Shown here one piece after another: positions 39,013 to 47,359 of a DNA stretch of 64,000 nucleotides. The notes beneath the pieces were generated by a model that ran no database searches, had not been told where the DNA came from, and saw only the letters and a program-made list of their open reading frames with translations. Each line of letters begins with the position of its first letter. The stretch's first letter is position 1. The stretch lies in the sequence record SRR2962707_578. One strand, written 5' to 3'. The position numbers and the translations under genes are program-made.

Positions 39013-40062
39013 TCAGGTCATGTCCTGATCCCGCTCCCTCTCCACATCCAGTAATTCCTCCACCTGCGACAGTATGCCGTCGTCCTTGATCACTGTTTTC
39101 AGCCATTGATGCAGAGGCATCTCGCCCCAACGGGCGGCGCGTTCGGCCAGGTAAGCTACCGGGCTGTGCGGCTCGGTGCGGCGAAAGAACGCCGCCACGT
39201 CCCGCAACTGTTCCAGTGCCTGTTGCCGTGATTGGATGGGACCGCCCTGGCTGGCCGCCGCCGTGGCGGAAATAATCGGAGGATTGGGATCGCCAGCAAC
39301 GGCTTCGGTATCGTCGCCGGGAACGTCCACATTGGCATCCCGGGCAAAGCGACGGACAGTCTGATTCAACAGCGTCAGCAGATCCTCGGCCGCGCTGAAG
39401 CTGGGGCCATCCACGCCCAAATGCCGGTCCACCGCATCCCGCAATTCGCGTAACGCGGCGCCACAGTCAGGGATTTCCTCGAGCAGGCGCCGGTAGTAAT
39501 CCGGTGAAGTATCGCGCCGGGCCGCCTGCAACTGATCCTGATCCGGATGATCGCCGGGATCCTGCTCTGTATTTTCCGCTCGGGAAAACACAGTCTCGAA
39601 ATCGTTGAGCCCGAAGCGTCCCTGGGGCGCATTCACCAGGGGCAGCGTGCGTAGCCATTGCTGCGACTGGGTCAGCAGCCAGACCAGATTACCGACCCTC
39701 TCTTCCGCGTCTCCCTGGTCCATCATGGGGTACACGGTGTCCCAATAATGATCACAGAAGTAGGCGATCAGGCGATAGCCGCCGGCCAGACCAGCAAAAC
39801 CATGCAGCTGGGTATTGGCTTCGGCCAGCCAGGATGCCACTCGTAAATCCTTGGTACGATTCCGCAGCAACTCGCGACACTGTTTGGCCGCACCGGGCCA
39901 GTCCGCGTACTTGATATCGGTGACCCATTCCCCTTGATCCAGGGTGGGGTCGTCGGCACGCCTGGCCTCCTGAATGGCATCGAATTCCATGGAAAAAGAA
40001 AGATCGTCACCGGCGGGGGCGTCATCTCGAATTGGGCTGATCAGGTCTTGCCAATGGTCCAT
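39013..40062 (-). CDS. tssA: T6SS protein TssA (ImpA_N)
   Basis: DPTLDQGEW, KDLRVASWL, FFRRTEPHSPVAYL...WGEMPLHQWL. Confidence 0.93.
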   Translation of the reverse strand: MDHWQDLISPIRDDAPAGDDLSFSMEFDAIQEARRADDPTLDQGEWVTDIKYADWPGAAKQCRELLRNRTKDLRVASWLAEANTQLHGFAGLAGGYRLIAYFCDHYWDTVYPMMDQGDAEERVGNLVWLLTQSQQWLRTLPLVNAPQGRFGLNDFETVFSRAENTEQDPGDHPDQDQLQAARRDTSPDYYRRLLEEIPDCGAALRELRDAVDRHLGVDGPSFSAAEDLLTLLNQTVRRFARDANVDVPGDDTEAVAGDPNPPIISATAAASQGGPIQSRQQALEQLRDVAAFFRRTEPHSPVAYLAERAARWGEMPLHQWLKTVIKDDGILSQVEELLDVERERDQDMT

Positions 40063-40093
40063 AACGGGGCATGACTCCGTGGCGTTCGCCGCA

Positions 40094-40885
40094 TCAGGGC
40101 AGCGTGATGGTGATGTGCGCGGTGCGCTCTGGCATTTGCACGATGTCCTGGTAAGCCGCCAGACTGGTTTCGGTCTGTTGATTCAAGGTCAGACGCAGAC
40201 CGAAAAACGCCAGCACCGCGAAGCCGGCGAGGAATATCAGCGGCAACCAAAACGGTACCACCCGGCGGAGGGTATGGCGGACATTATCCGGCGGCGCCCA
40301 GTGCGGAGCGAAGCCGCTGCGCTGTCCTTTCAGATAGGCAATCTCATCGCCGAGACGGGCAATCAGATAACCCAGCTTTTCGCTACCATCAAGCCGGTAT
40401 TTGCCTTCGAATCCCAACAGCAAGCAATAGTGATAAACCTCCAGCGAGGCCAGTCTGGGCGCACCCTGGGCTCGCAAATCTTCCAGATAATCAAAGAAGT
40501 GTTGACCCGCCAGGTGATCGCCAAATAGGCGCAGCTGCAACGGATGGCGCTCCCATTCATCGCGAAGGGGGGTGGGTTGCGACAGGATGACTTCGTCCAC
40601 AGCCGCGCAAAAAGCGTATTTGGCGGCATAGATGTCTTCGGAGGCTATGCCGCTCTTCATCGCGCTGCGTTCCACGCCTTCCAGGAAGTTCTGAATCTCA
40701 CTGGCGAAAGTATCCGCCTGATTCGGTAGCTGGCCCCGTTTCAGCAGCACCAGTAAATAGAAGCCATCGAACATGAGGTCCAGCAGGCGTCCACCAGCGG
40801 CGGTATCCCGTGGCGCGGTGCCGGTATCCACCGGCGCGGCGCCGGTAAGGGACGGACGTGCGGAGAGGGAGGGGCCTTCGGTCAT
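40094..40885 (-). CDS. tssL: T6SS protein TssL (DotU), without OmpA extension
   Basis: KYAFCAAVDE, PLQLRLFGDHLAG, CLLLGFEGKY, C-terminal TM helix. Confidence 0.94.
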   Translation of the reverse strand: MTEGPSLSARPSLTGAAPVDTGTAPRDTAAGGRLLDLMFDGFYLLVLLKRGQLPNQADTFASEIQNFLEGVERSAMKSGIASEDIYAAKYAFCAAVDEVILSQPTPLRDEWERHPLQLRLFGDHLAGQHFFDYLEDLRAQGAPRLASLEVYHYCLLLGFEGKYRLDGSEKLGYLIARLGDEIAYLKGQRSGFAPHWAPPDNVRHTLRRVVPFWLPLIFLAGFAVLAFFGLRLTLNQQTETSLAAYQDIVQMPERTAHITITLP

Positions 40886-42228
40886 GATGTCACCGCGATC
40901 AATTCAAGTTTCAGATCCTGGACGCCGGTGGGGACATAGACCATTACCGATTGCCCCTTGAGCATCCGTTCGTAGAGCGGGCCACGAGGTTCCAGGGAAA
41001 AATAGTAACTGCCGGGACGAACCGGAATGGCGGCGGGAATCTGATTGGCATGGATCAGCTTGACCCCGGGCATGGCGGCCAGAACACATTTTTCCACATC
41101 GTCCGGTGCGCCCACCTTGAACCGGACCGGTACCGTTTCCACCAGCTCCTGGCCGGGCATGTCCGCGGCGACGCCAAGATAAAGCGCGGTTTGAGCGTCA
41201 ATCCGCTGAGAGTCCAGCATGCCACGATGATAAGACGGTTTGATTTCGGCCAGCGGGATGGCGAAGTGACGGGTGGAGATTACGGTGTCGAGCAGATCGC
41301 GCACCAGATGGAATAGTGCCGCGAAGGCCTCATCCGGAGCGTCGTGACGGTACTGAGGGAGATCCGCCAGGCCGTGCTGTGTCGAGTAGGTCAACAGATT
41401 CCCGGCCAGACGCAGTAACTCTTGATAGAGACGCTCCGGATGAAATCTGGGTTGAGCGAAGAAATGCGACAGTGTGGCATAGGCGGTGTTGGCGGTATGC
41501 AACAGCCAGAACGATGCTACATCCGATGAGCGAAACTCGATCAGCCCTTGAGACGCCTGACGTTGCTGATTGCCGAGAGCCTCGGATTTGGCCTGCAAGG
41601 CATCCAGCAATCCACGCAACTGACGGGTCAGATATTCCGAGGCGTCCAGATGGAGACACGGTGGCATGAAGGTGTCGTCCAGTTCAAACCCGCCAGTGGA
41701 AGTGCGTTTGACCCGCAACAAGGGCACGGTCAGATAGCGGTCGCGCGGAGTGTCATCGGTGAGCAGCCGCACGGACTTTTTCAGATAGGTCAGTTCCGCC
41801 TGAGCGGAATCGGTGTACAGATCGCTGGTCCCCATCAGCGTCTGCGTGAACCGGGCGTTGCCGCCGTCGTCATCGCAGTTGCCGCCATGCTCCTTGAGCA
41901 GCGGTAATGCCAGATGAATCACGGTGCTGGACACTCCGGCGGGGAGTTCTTCCAGGCGTAAAGGATCGGGCAGGGTGTCCGCATCGGGGGCCTGGTAAAT
42001 TTCGCCGTCCGGGAATACCAGTGACAGTTCCAGAATACGAACGGCGCCACTTTCAAGAGCGCGCGGGTCCAGGCGGATTTGGCGAATACCCCAGGGGTAG
42101 GGGTGCAGGCTTTGCGCGACATGATGAAGGCGCGCTTCGTGGTAAGTGTCCTGGCGTTGAAAGTGCTGTGGGCGAAGGAACAGACCTTCCCCCCAAAGTA
42201 CCTTCGACATGCGGCTGACATGCGACAC
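40882..42228 (-). CDS. tssK: T6SS baseplate protein TssK
   Basis: KVLWGEGLFLRPQHFQRQD, HPERLY, AMPGV; start GTG 42228 (SD AAGGGA) or ATG 42210. Confidence 0.95.
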   Translation of the reverse strand: MSHVSRMSKVLWGEGLFLRPQHFQRQDTYHEARLHHVAQSLHPYPWGIRQIRLDPRALESGAVRILELSLVFPDGEIYQAPDADTLPDPLRLEELPAGVSSTVIHLALPLLKEHGGNCDDDGGNARFTQTLMGTSDLYTDSAQAELTYLKKSVRLLTDDTPRDRYLTVPLLRVKRTSTGGFELDDTFMPPCLHLDASEYLTRQLRGLLDALQAKSEALGNQQRQASQGLIEFRSSDVASFWLLHTANTAYATLSHFFAQPRFHPERLYQELLRLAGNLLTYSTQHGLADLPQYRHDAPDEAFAALFHLVRDLLDTVISTRHFAIPLAEIKPSYHRGMLDSQRIDAQTALYLGVAADMPGQELVETVPVRFKVGAPDDVEKCVLAAMPGVKLIHANQIPAAIPVRPGSYYFSLEPRGPLYERMLKGQSVMVYVPTGVQDLKLELIAVTS

Positions 42229-42360
42229 AGTATCTTCCCTTGATATCAATCCGGCTCCACGCGGTTAGCGTCGGGCTTCGTCCTTAATTGACTGTCCGCG
42301 CAAGACTACCGGCCCCCTTCGGGGGATGCAACGGATAATGGATTCACGTCGGCGAAGGCT

Positions 42361-42954
42361 TCAGCGCGGCAACGCAGGGCATCTCACGGCCACCAGACTG
42401 GCGGGATCACCGGTCGGTGTCCGGATCAGGCCGGTGCCGTCGCTGGTCACCGCGCAGGCATGAAAACCCAGAGTAAGCCCGGACTTGATGACGGGCTTTG
42501 CTGTGACATCGAAAGCGAAGCGCCAACGCTCCCTCGCTGGAGAGCGGAACAGCCCCACAACACCGATTGCCTTCGCTTGTTCCGGAACGCGGGCTTCAAT
42601 CAGATGATGAGCACCGGGCGTCAAGACGACTTCGCTGACGCTGATCAAATCATTGCGCAAGGCCCGAGCTTCGGCGTCATCATCGAGAAAATCCTGCAGC
42701 GATGCCTCGTAAAAACGTTGAGTGTCGCGCAAATGATAAATTCGTACCACCAGGGAGTAGGCCTGATAACCGGAGCCGGCATTCAGATTGTCGCCGCCAT
42801 AGAGGCGAACCGGAATGACGGTTTCCTTTGGGCCACCGGAGCCAAGTAACGCGCAGCCTTGCAGAGATATCAACAGCGCGGCCAGAAGAATATTTTTTGT
42901 GAACTGGTTCAAAAAAAAGAAAGAGCGAGGGACTTGGTGGCGCATCGTATCCAT
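42361..42954 (-). CDS. tssJ: T6SS outer-membrane lipoprotein TssJ
   Basis: Lipobox LQGC, NLN...SLVVRIYHL, EVVLTPG, IGVVGLFRSP...RWR; upstream of tssK-tssL; start 42954 or 42945. Confidence 0.88.
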   Translation of the reverse strand: MDTMRHQVPRSFFFLNQFTKNILLAALLISLQGCALLGSGGPKETVIPVRLYGGDNLNAGSGYQAYSLVVRIYHLRDTQRFYEASLQDFLDDDAEARALRNDLISVSEVVLTPGAHHLIEARVPEQAKAIGVVGLFRSPARERWRFAFDVTAKPVIKSGLTLGFHACAVTSDGTGLIRTPTGDPASLVAVRCPALPR

Positions 42955-43456
42955 ACGTAGAAAGTCCTGGTTATATCCTGAAAAAGACCGTGTTTTGGTG
43001 GTGTTCACTTTAGCAGTTTAGTGTCGGCCGGCCCAGTGCATCCATGACTATGGTACGGCGACAAACGACGGTGAAATCCGGCCTCGCTTGACAGGTCGGA
43101 CATGCCCACTATACTCGGCCCAATTGGCCATGCCGTTGTTTTTCGTCACAAAGCTGACATTCATGCGCGTTAGCATGAATATGCATGAGTGGCTTCGAAC
43201 GGCGGTAACCACCGATCGAGCGGGGATGCGTATCACGTTTGTGAAGATCGGAAGGCCTTTTGATGAGAGCAGGGATGACACGGAGTACGATGTCCAGGGA
43301 CTGGATTAATACCTCATTTTTCTTTTCCCCTGAACCCACATCACTCAAGCGCTCCGGCGCTGACTCGCCGTTTTCCTGTCGCTCTTTGATTATGGTTCGT
43401 CCGTTTGCCGGTAAAGCAGGCGCGGACGGAAAACATAACCTTAGAAGACATAAGAG
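42955..43456. promoter_or_regulatory. Divergent T6SS control region
   Basis: About 500-nt gap between divergent tssJ and TPR-lipoprotein/tssB operons, with clustered GGA motifs at 43224-43305. Confidence 0.55.
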
Positions 43457-44068
43457 ATGGTATTGAACAGGGAACGCCTAATACGTCTTGTCACGGTGGC
43501 GATCATGCTTGCCACGCTGAGCGCTTGCAGCATGATGTCCGGTCGCAAGTCCGCGGAATATGGTGAGCAGATGGGGCGCGCCGAAGGCGCGTTGAGCAAT
43601 GACAAGGTGGACGTCGCGCTGGTGTCGTTCGCCAACGCCGCCAAAGCAGACCCCACCCGCAAGGAACCCTGGGTTCGTATCGCCCAGATCCAGTTCGATC
43701 GTAATAACTACGCCCATGCCATTGTCGCCGCTGAAGAAGCGCTGCAGCGGGATGCCCGTGATCTGATCGCGGAAGGCATTCTGACTTTGAGCGGTTTGCG
43801 CATCGCCAGCCAGTCCTTGCAGCGCCTTGGTGAGCGGGATGCTCTGGGTTCCGAAACCGCGCGCCGCGAAGCGAGGGCGCTGGCGGATACGCTGAAAACC
43901 GCCATTGGTGAAGAGCCGGTGGTTGATGACGAGGAGGATAATCGCAGCGCCCGCGCCAGCCGCCCGGCGCCGCGCCCGAAACCCCGTGTCAGCGCGCCCC
44001 CCAAACCCAAGACAACGGTCAGCAAACGCAGCGCCAACGATCCGTTCAGTGGTATTGGCGGTGATTGA
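43457..44068 (+). CDS. TPR lipoprotein upstream of tssB (TagM / TslA-like)
   Basis: Lipobox LSAC, TPR-like AAKADPTRKEPWVRIAQIQFD..NYAHAIVAAEEAL, Pro/Arg tail ending DPF. Confidence 0.75.
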   Translation: MVLNRERLIRLVTVAIMLATLSACSMMSGRKSAEYGEQMGRAEGALSNDKVDVALVSFANAAKADPTRKEPWVRIAQIQFDRNNYAHAIVAAEEALQRDARDLIAEGILTLSGLRIASQSLQRLGERDALGSETARREARALADTLKTAIGEEPVVDDEEDNRSARASRPAPRPKPRVSAPPKPKTTVSKRSANDPFSGIGGD

Positions 44069-44103
44069 GTCCCGCCCCGTCGATTCAGCCAGGAGATAGC
44101 TCC

Positions 44104-44619
44104 ATGTCCAAGAAGGATAGCACTCAAAAACGTCTTCAGAAGGTACGTCCGCCGCGAGTACAGCTCACCTATGACGTGGAGAAGGGCGATGCCATAGAAC
44201 AGAAGGAATTGCCCTTTGTCGTTGGTGTACTGGGTGATTTCAGCGGCAATCCGGAAGAGCCGCAGCCTAAGGTCAAGGATCGCAAGTTCGTCAACGTGGA
44301 TATGGATAATTTCGACGAAGTGATGGAAGGCATGGCACCGCGGGCGGTCTACCGGGTACCGAACAAGCTGACGGAAGAGGGCGGTGAGTTCGGGGTCGAG
44401 TTGAAGTTCAAGTCCATGGAAGATTTCCGTCCGGAAGCGGTGGTTGAACAGGTGGAACCACTGCGCCGTCTACTGGAGTCCCGCACCAAGTTGGCGGACC
44501 TGCGCAATAAACTGATCGGCAACGAAAAGCTGGAGGACCTGCTTTCCGACGTGCTGAAAAACACCGAGCAACTGAAGGCGCTGCGAGAAGACAGCGGCAC
44601 CGACGACGATCAGGAGTGA
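44104..44619 (+). CDS. tssB: T6SS contractile sheath small subunit TssB
   Basis: RPPRVQLTYDVE, ELPFVVGVLGDFSG, F.SMEDFRPE; AGGAG SD. Confidence 0.96.
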   Translation: MSKKDSTQKRLQKVRPPRVQLTYDVEKGDAIEQKELPFVVGVLGDFSGNPEEPQPKVKDRKFVNVDMDNFDEVMEGMAPRAVYRVPNKLTEEGGEFGVELKFKSMEDFRPEAVVEQVEPLRRLLESRTKLADLRNKLIGNEKLEDLLSDVLKNTEQLKALREDSGTDDDQE

Positions 44620-44624
44620 TGACC

Positions 44625-46115
44625 ATGGGAAAAGAGGTGGCAAGCACTAACGAGGCGGGAGCGGTAACCGAAACCGAAGGTCTTCTCGACCAGATCGTCG
44701 AAGAGAGCCGGGTGGCGAAGTCCGATGAGGAGCATCGCCGGGCCAAGGATATCATCTCCGAACTGGCGAAAGAGGTTATGGAAGGCACCGTGGTGGTGTC
44801 CGACAACCTCAACATGACGCTGGATGCCCGTATCGCCGAACTGGATCGTCTGATCTCCGAGCAATTGAGCGCGGTAATGCACGCACCGGAATTTCAGGAT
44901 CTCGAGAGTACCTGGCGCGGTCTGCACTATCTTTGCGAACATACCTCCACCGGCTCGATGATGAAGATCAAGGCGTTCAACGCCAAGAAACAGGATCTGA
45001 TTCGCGACTTCAATTCCGCCATTGACTTTGATCAGAGTGCTCTGTTCAAGAAAGTCTATGAAGAGGAATTCGGCACCTTTGGTGGTGCCCCGTTCGGGAC
45101 CCTGATCGGCGACTACGCCATTGGCCGACAGCCTCAGGATATGTACTTCGTGGAGCAGATGTCCCATGTGGCCGCGGCAGCCCATGCGCCGTTTATTACC
45201 GCGGCTTCGGAGGACATGCTGGGATTGGAAAGTTTCACCGATCTGGGCAAACCGCGGGATCTCGCCAAAGTATTCGACACGGTGGAATACGCCAAATGGC
45301 GCTCTTTCCGTGACGGAGAAGACAGCCGCTATGTGGGGCTGACGCTGCCGCGCTTTCTTGGCCGTTTGCCCTACAATCCGAAAGACGGCACCACCGTGGA
45401 AGGCTTCAATTTCGTGGAAGATGTGGATGGCGCGGATCACAGTAAATACCTGTGGTGTAACACCGCCTATGCCATGGCCACCCGACTGACCGCGGCATTC
45501 GAGGACTTTGGTTGGTGTGCGGCCATTCGTGGCGTCGAAGGCGGCGGTCTGGTGGAAGATCTGCCGACCCATACCTTCCGCACCGACGATGGTGAGGTGG
45601 CTCTCAAGTGCCCCACCGAAGTGGCGATTACCGATCGCCGTGAGAAGGAATTGAGCGATCTTGGTTTTATTCCTTTGGTGCATTGCAAGAACACGGACTA
45701 TGCCGCCTTCTTCGGCGCTCAGTCAGCGCAGAAGCCGAAGAAGTACAACACCGACGCCGCCAATGCCAACGCCATTCTTTCCGCGCAGCTCCAATATATG
45801 TTCGCGGTATCCCGCATCGCCCACTATCTCAAGGCGATGATGAGAGAGAAGATCGGCAGCTTCGCCTCCGCCGGCAACGTGGAAGAATTTCTTAACCGCT
45901 GGATTTCCCAGTACGTGCTCCTTGACGACAACGCCACTCAGGAAGCCAAAGCCCAGTACCCGCTGCGCGAAGCATCCATCCAGGTCTCGGAAGTGCCCGG
46001 CAAGCCGGGCTCCTACAGGGCAGTCGCGTTCATCAGGCCGCATTTCCAGCTTGATGAACTGTCTGTATCGCTGCGGCTGGTGGCGGAGCTCCCGGCTTCC
46101 GCCAAAAAGTCATAG
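44625..46115 (+). CDS. tssC: T6SS contractile sheath large subunit TssC
   Basis: FQDLESTWRGL, AAAAHAPF, RGVEGGGLVEDLP, KCPTEVAITDRRE, RPHFQLDEL. Confidence 0.97.
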   Translation: MGKEVASTNEAGAVTETEGLLDQIVEESRVAKSDEEHRRAKDIISELAKEVMEGTVVVSDNLNMTLDARIAELDRLISEQLSAVMHAPEFQDLESTWRGLHYLCEHTSTGSMMKIKAFNAKKQDLIRDFNSAIDFDQSALFKKVYEEEFGTFGGAPFGTLIGDYAIGRQPQDMYFVEQMSHVAAAAHAPFITAASEDMLGLESFTDLGKPRDLAKVFDTVEYAKWRSFRDGEDSRYVGLTLPRFLGRLPYNPKDGTTVEGFNFVEDVDGADHSKYLWCNTAYAMATRLTAAFEDFGWCAAIRGVEGGGLVEDLPTHTFRTDDGEVALKCPTEVAITDRREKELSDLGFIPLVHCKNTDYAAFFGAQSAQKPKKYNTDAANANAILSAQLQYMFAVSRIAHYLKAMMREKIGSFASAGNVEEFLNRWISQYVLLDDNATQEAKAQYPLREASIQVSEVPGKPGSYRAVAFIRPHFQLDELSVSLRLVAELPASAKKS

Positions 46116-46238
46116 CGATTTCACGGGGTCCGGCGTGGCGGGGTGCCGTTGCCGGACCGATTAATGAGTTGCCAAAGAAGGGGCAACGGAAATGGGCGGC
46201 ATGGCGTCGTCTAGACCGCATGAAGGAAGGAACTTGAC

Positions 46239-46730
46239 ATGCAACATGCATTTTTAAACATCGATTCCATTAAAGGCGAATCCAATGATGATAAGCATCC
46301 AGGATGGATCGAGATTCAATCGTTTTCGCAGGACATCCTGCAACCGCGTGCTCCCACCGCGTCCAGCTCTGGTGGCCAAACCGCGGAGCGGGTGAGCTTC
46401 GGCCCGATCGAAGTGGTCAAATCCATCGACCTGTCCAGCACCGTGCTGTGCCAGGCTTGTGCCAACGGGACCACTTTTGCCAAGGCCGAGATCGATTTCA
46501 TGCGTGCCGACAAGGACGGCAACGCCATCAACTACTACAAGGTCGAGCTCAAGAATGTCCTTGTACACCGGGTGACCACCACCATCGGTGAAGATGGCTT
46601 GCCCCAGGAAGTGGTACTGCTCAGCTTTGCCGCCATCCGCTGGACCTATAACCAGCAGAAACCGGAAGGCGGAATTGGTGGTAAGACCATGGGCCAGTGG
46701 AACCTCAACAAAAACGCTCCTCAATTCTGA
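46239..46730 (+). CDS. hcp: Hcp (TssD) tube protein
   Basis: IKGESNDDKHPGWIEIQSF, KSIDLSS, IRWTY, QWNL. Confidence 0.96.
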   Translation: MQHAFLNIDSIKGESNDDKHPGWIEIQSFSQDILQPRAPTASSSGGQTAERVSFGPIEVVKSIDLSSTVLCQACANGTTFAKAEIDFMRADKDGNAINYYKVELKNVLVHRVTTTIGEDGLPQEVVLLSFAAIRWTYNQQKPEGGIGGKTMGQWNLNKNAPQF

Positions 46731-46733
46731 TGG

Positions 46734-46770
46734 GCGGTGGTGGCGTCCGGCCGGGCGCCACCGCACTTTT
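46734..46770 (+). terminator. Rho-independent terminator-like hairpin after hcp
   Basis: GTGGCG(T)CC-GGCC-GG(G)CGCCAC stem followed by ACTTTT. Confidence 0.55.
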
Positions 46771-46847
46771 GGCCGCACCGAACCAGGGAGTGGGCGGTGA
46801 GACTGGCGCAATCCCGATAATGTCATGCAGTCAGGGCGAATAAGGGG

Positions 46848-47357
46848 ATGAGCGTGAAACGATGGGATAAGGGACTGGAACCCAGCCTGCTCGACAAATT
46901 GTTTGATGACGCGCCGAAACAGCCGGGCGACCAGAATATCTTTAAAGCGTCTTCGTTGGGACAGTACAAGGAAACCGTGGCGAGAGACCTGGAAGGTCTG
47001 CTCAATAGCCGCATGGCGTTATCGGAAACCCTGTTCGATGCCTTTCCGCAATGCCGGAAATCCCTGATGGTTTATGGGTTGCGAGACTTTTCCGCCATGA
47101 GTTTGGTCAACGCCTATGACCGCGCGCTGATCTGCCGCTCTCTGGAGGATGCGATTTCCCGTCACGAGCCCCGGTTGCACGATGTCACCGTTACCCTGGA
47201 TGAAGGCAATGCACCTGGTGGCGGGCTCCACTTTACCATTCACGCCTTGCTGGATATCCGTCCCGCGCGGGAGCCTGTCAGCTTCGATGCGATGTTGCAG
47301 CCCTCGACGCTGCAGTACTCGGTGAGCGGATTCCGTCGTAACGCCAGAGTGTCCTGA
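46848..47357 (+). CDS. tssE: T6SS baseplate protein TssE
   Basis: PSLLDKL, VARDLEGLLNSR, YGL.DF, HEPRL. Confidence 0.94.
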   Translation: MSVKRWDKGLEPSLLDKLFDDAPKQPGDQNIFKASSLGQYKETVARDLEGLLNSRMALSETLFDAFPQCRKSLMVYGLRDFSAMSLVNAYDRALICRSLEDAISRHEPRLHDVTVTLDEGNAPGGGLHFTIHALLDIRPAREPVSFDAMLQPSTLQYSVSGFRRNARVS

Positions 47358-47359
47358 AC

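Noticed and set aside
42313-42325. CCCCC-TTC-GGGGG hairpin between tssJ and tssK
   Set aside because: Short stem without a U-tract, inside an apparent operon; not called as a terminator.
43124-43139. Possible sigma54 promoter TGGCCA-N5-TTGT
   Set aside because: Lacks the invariant GC at -12, and no enhancer-binding protein gene is in the cluster.
43048-43466. Short ORFs (68-79 aa) in the T6SS divergent region
   Set aside because: Mutually overlapping, no family resemblance or convincing SD; better explained as regulatory DNA, though a small peptide cannot be excluded.
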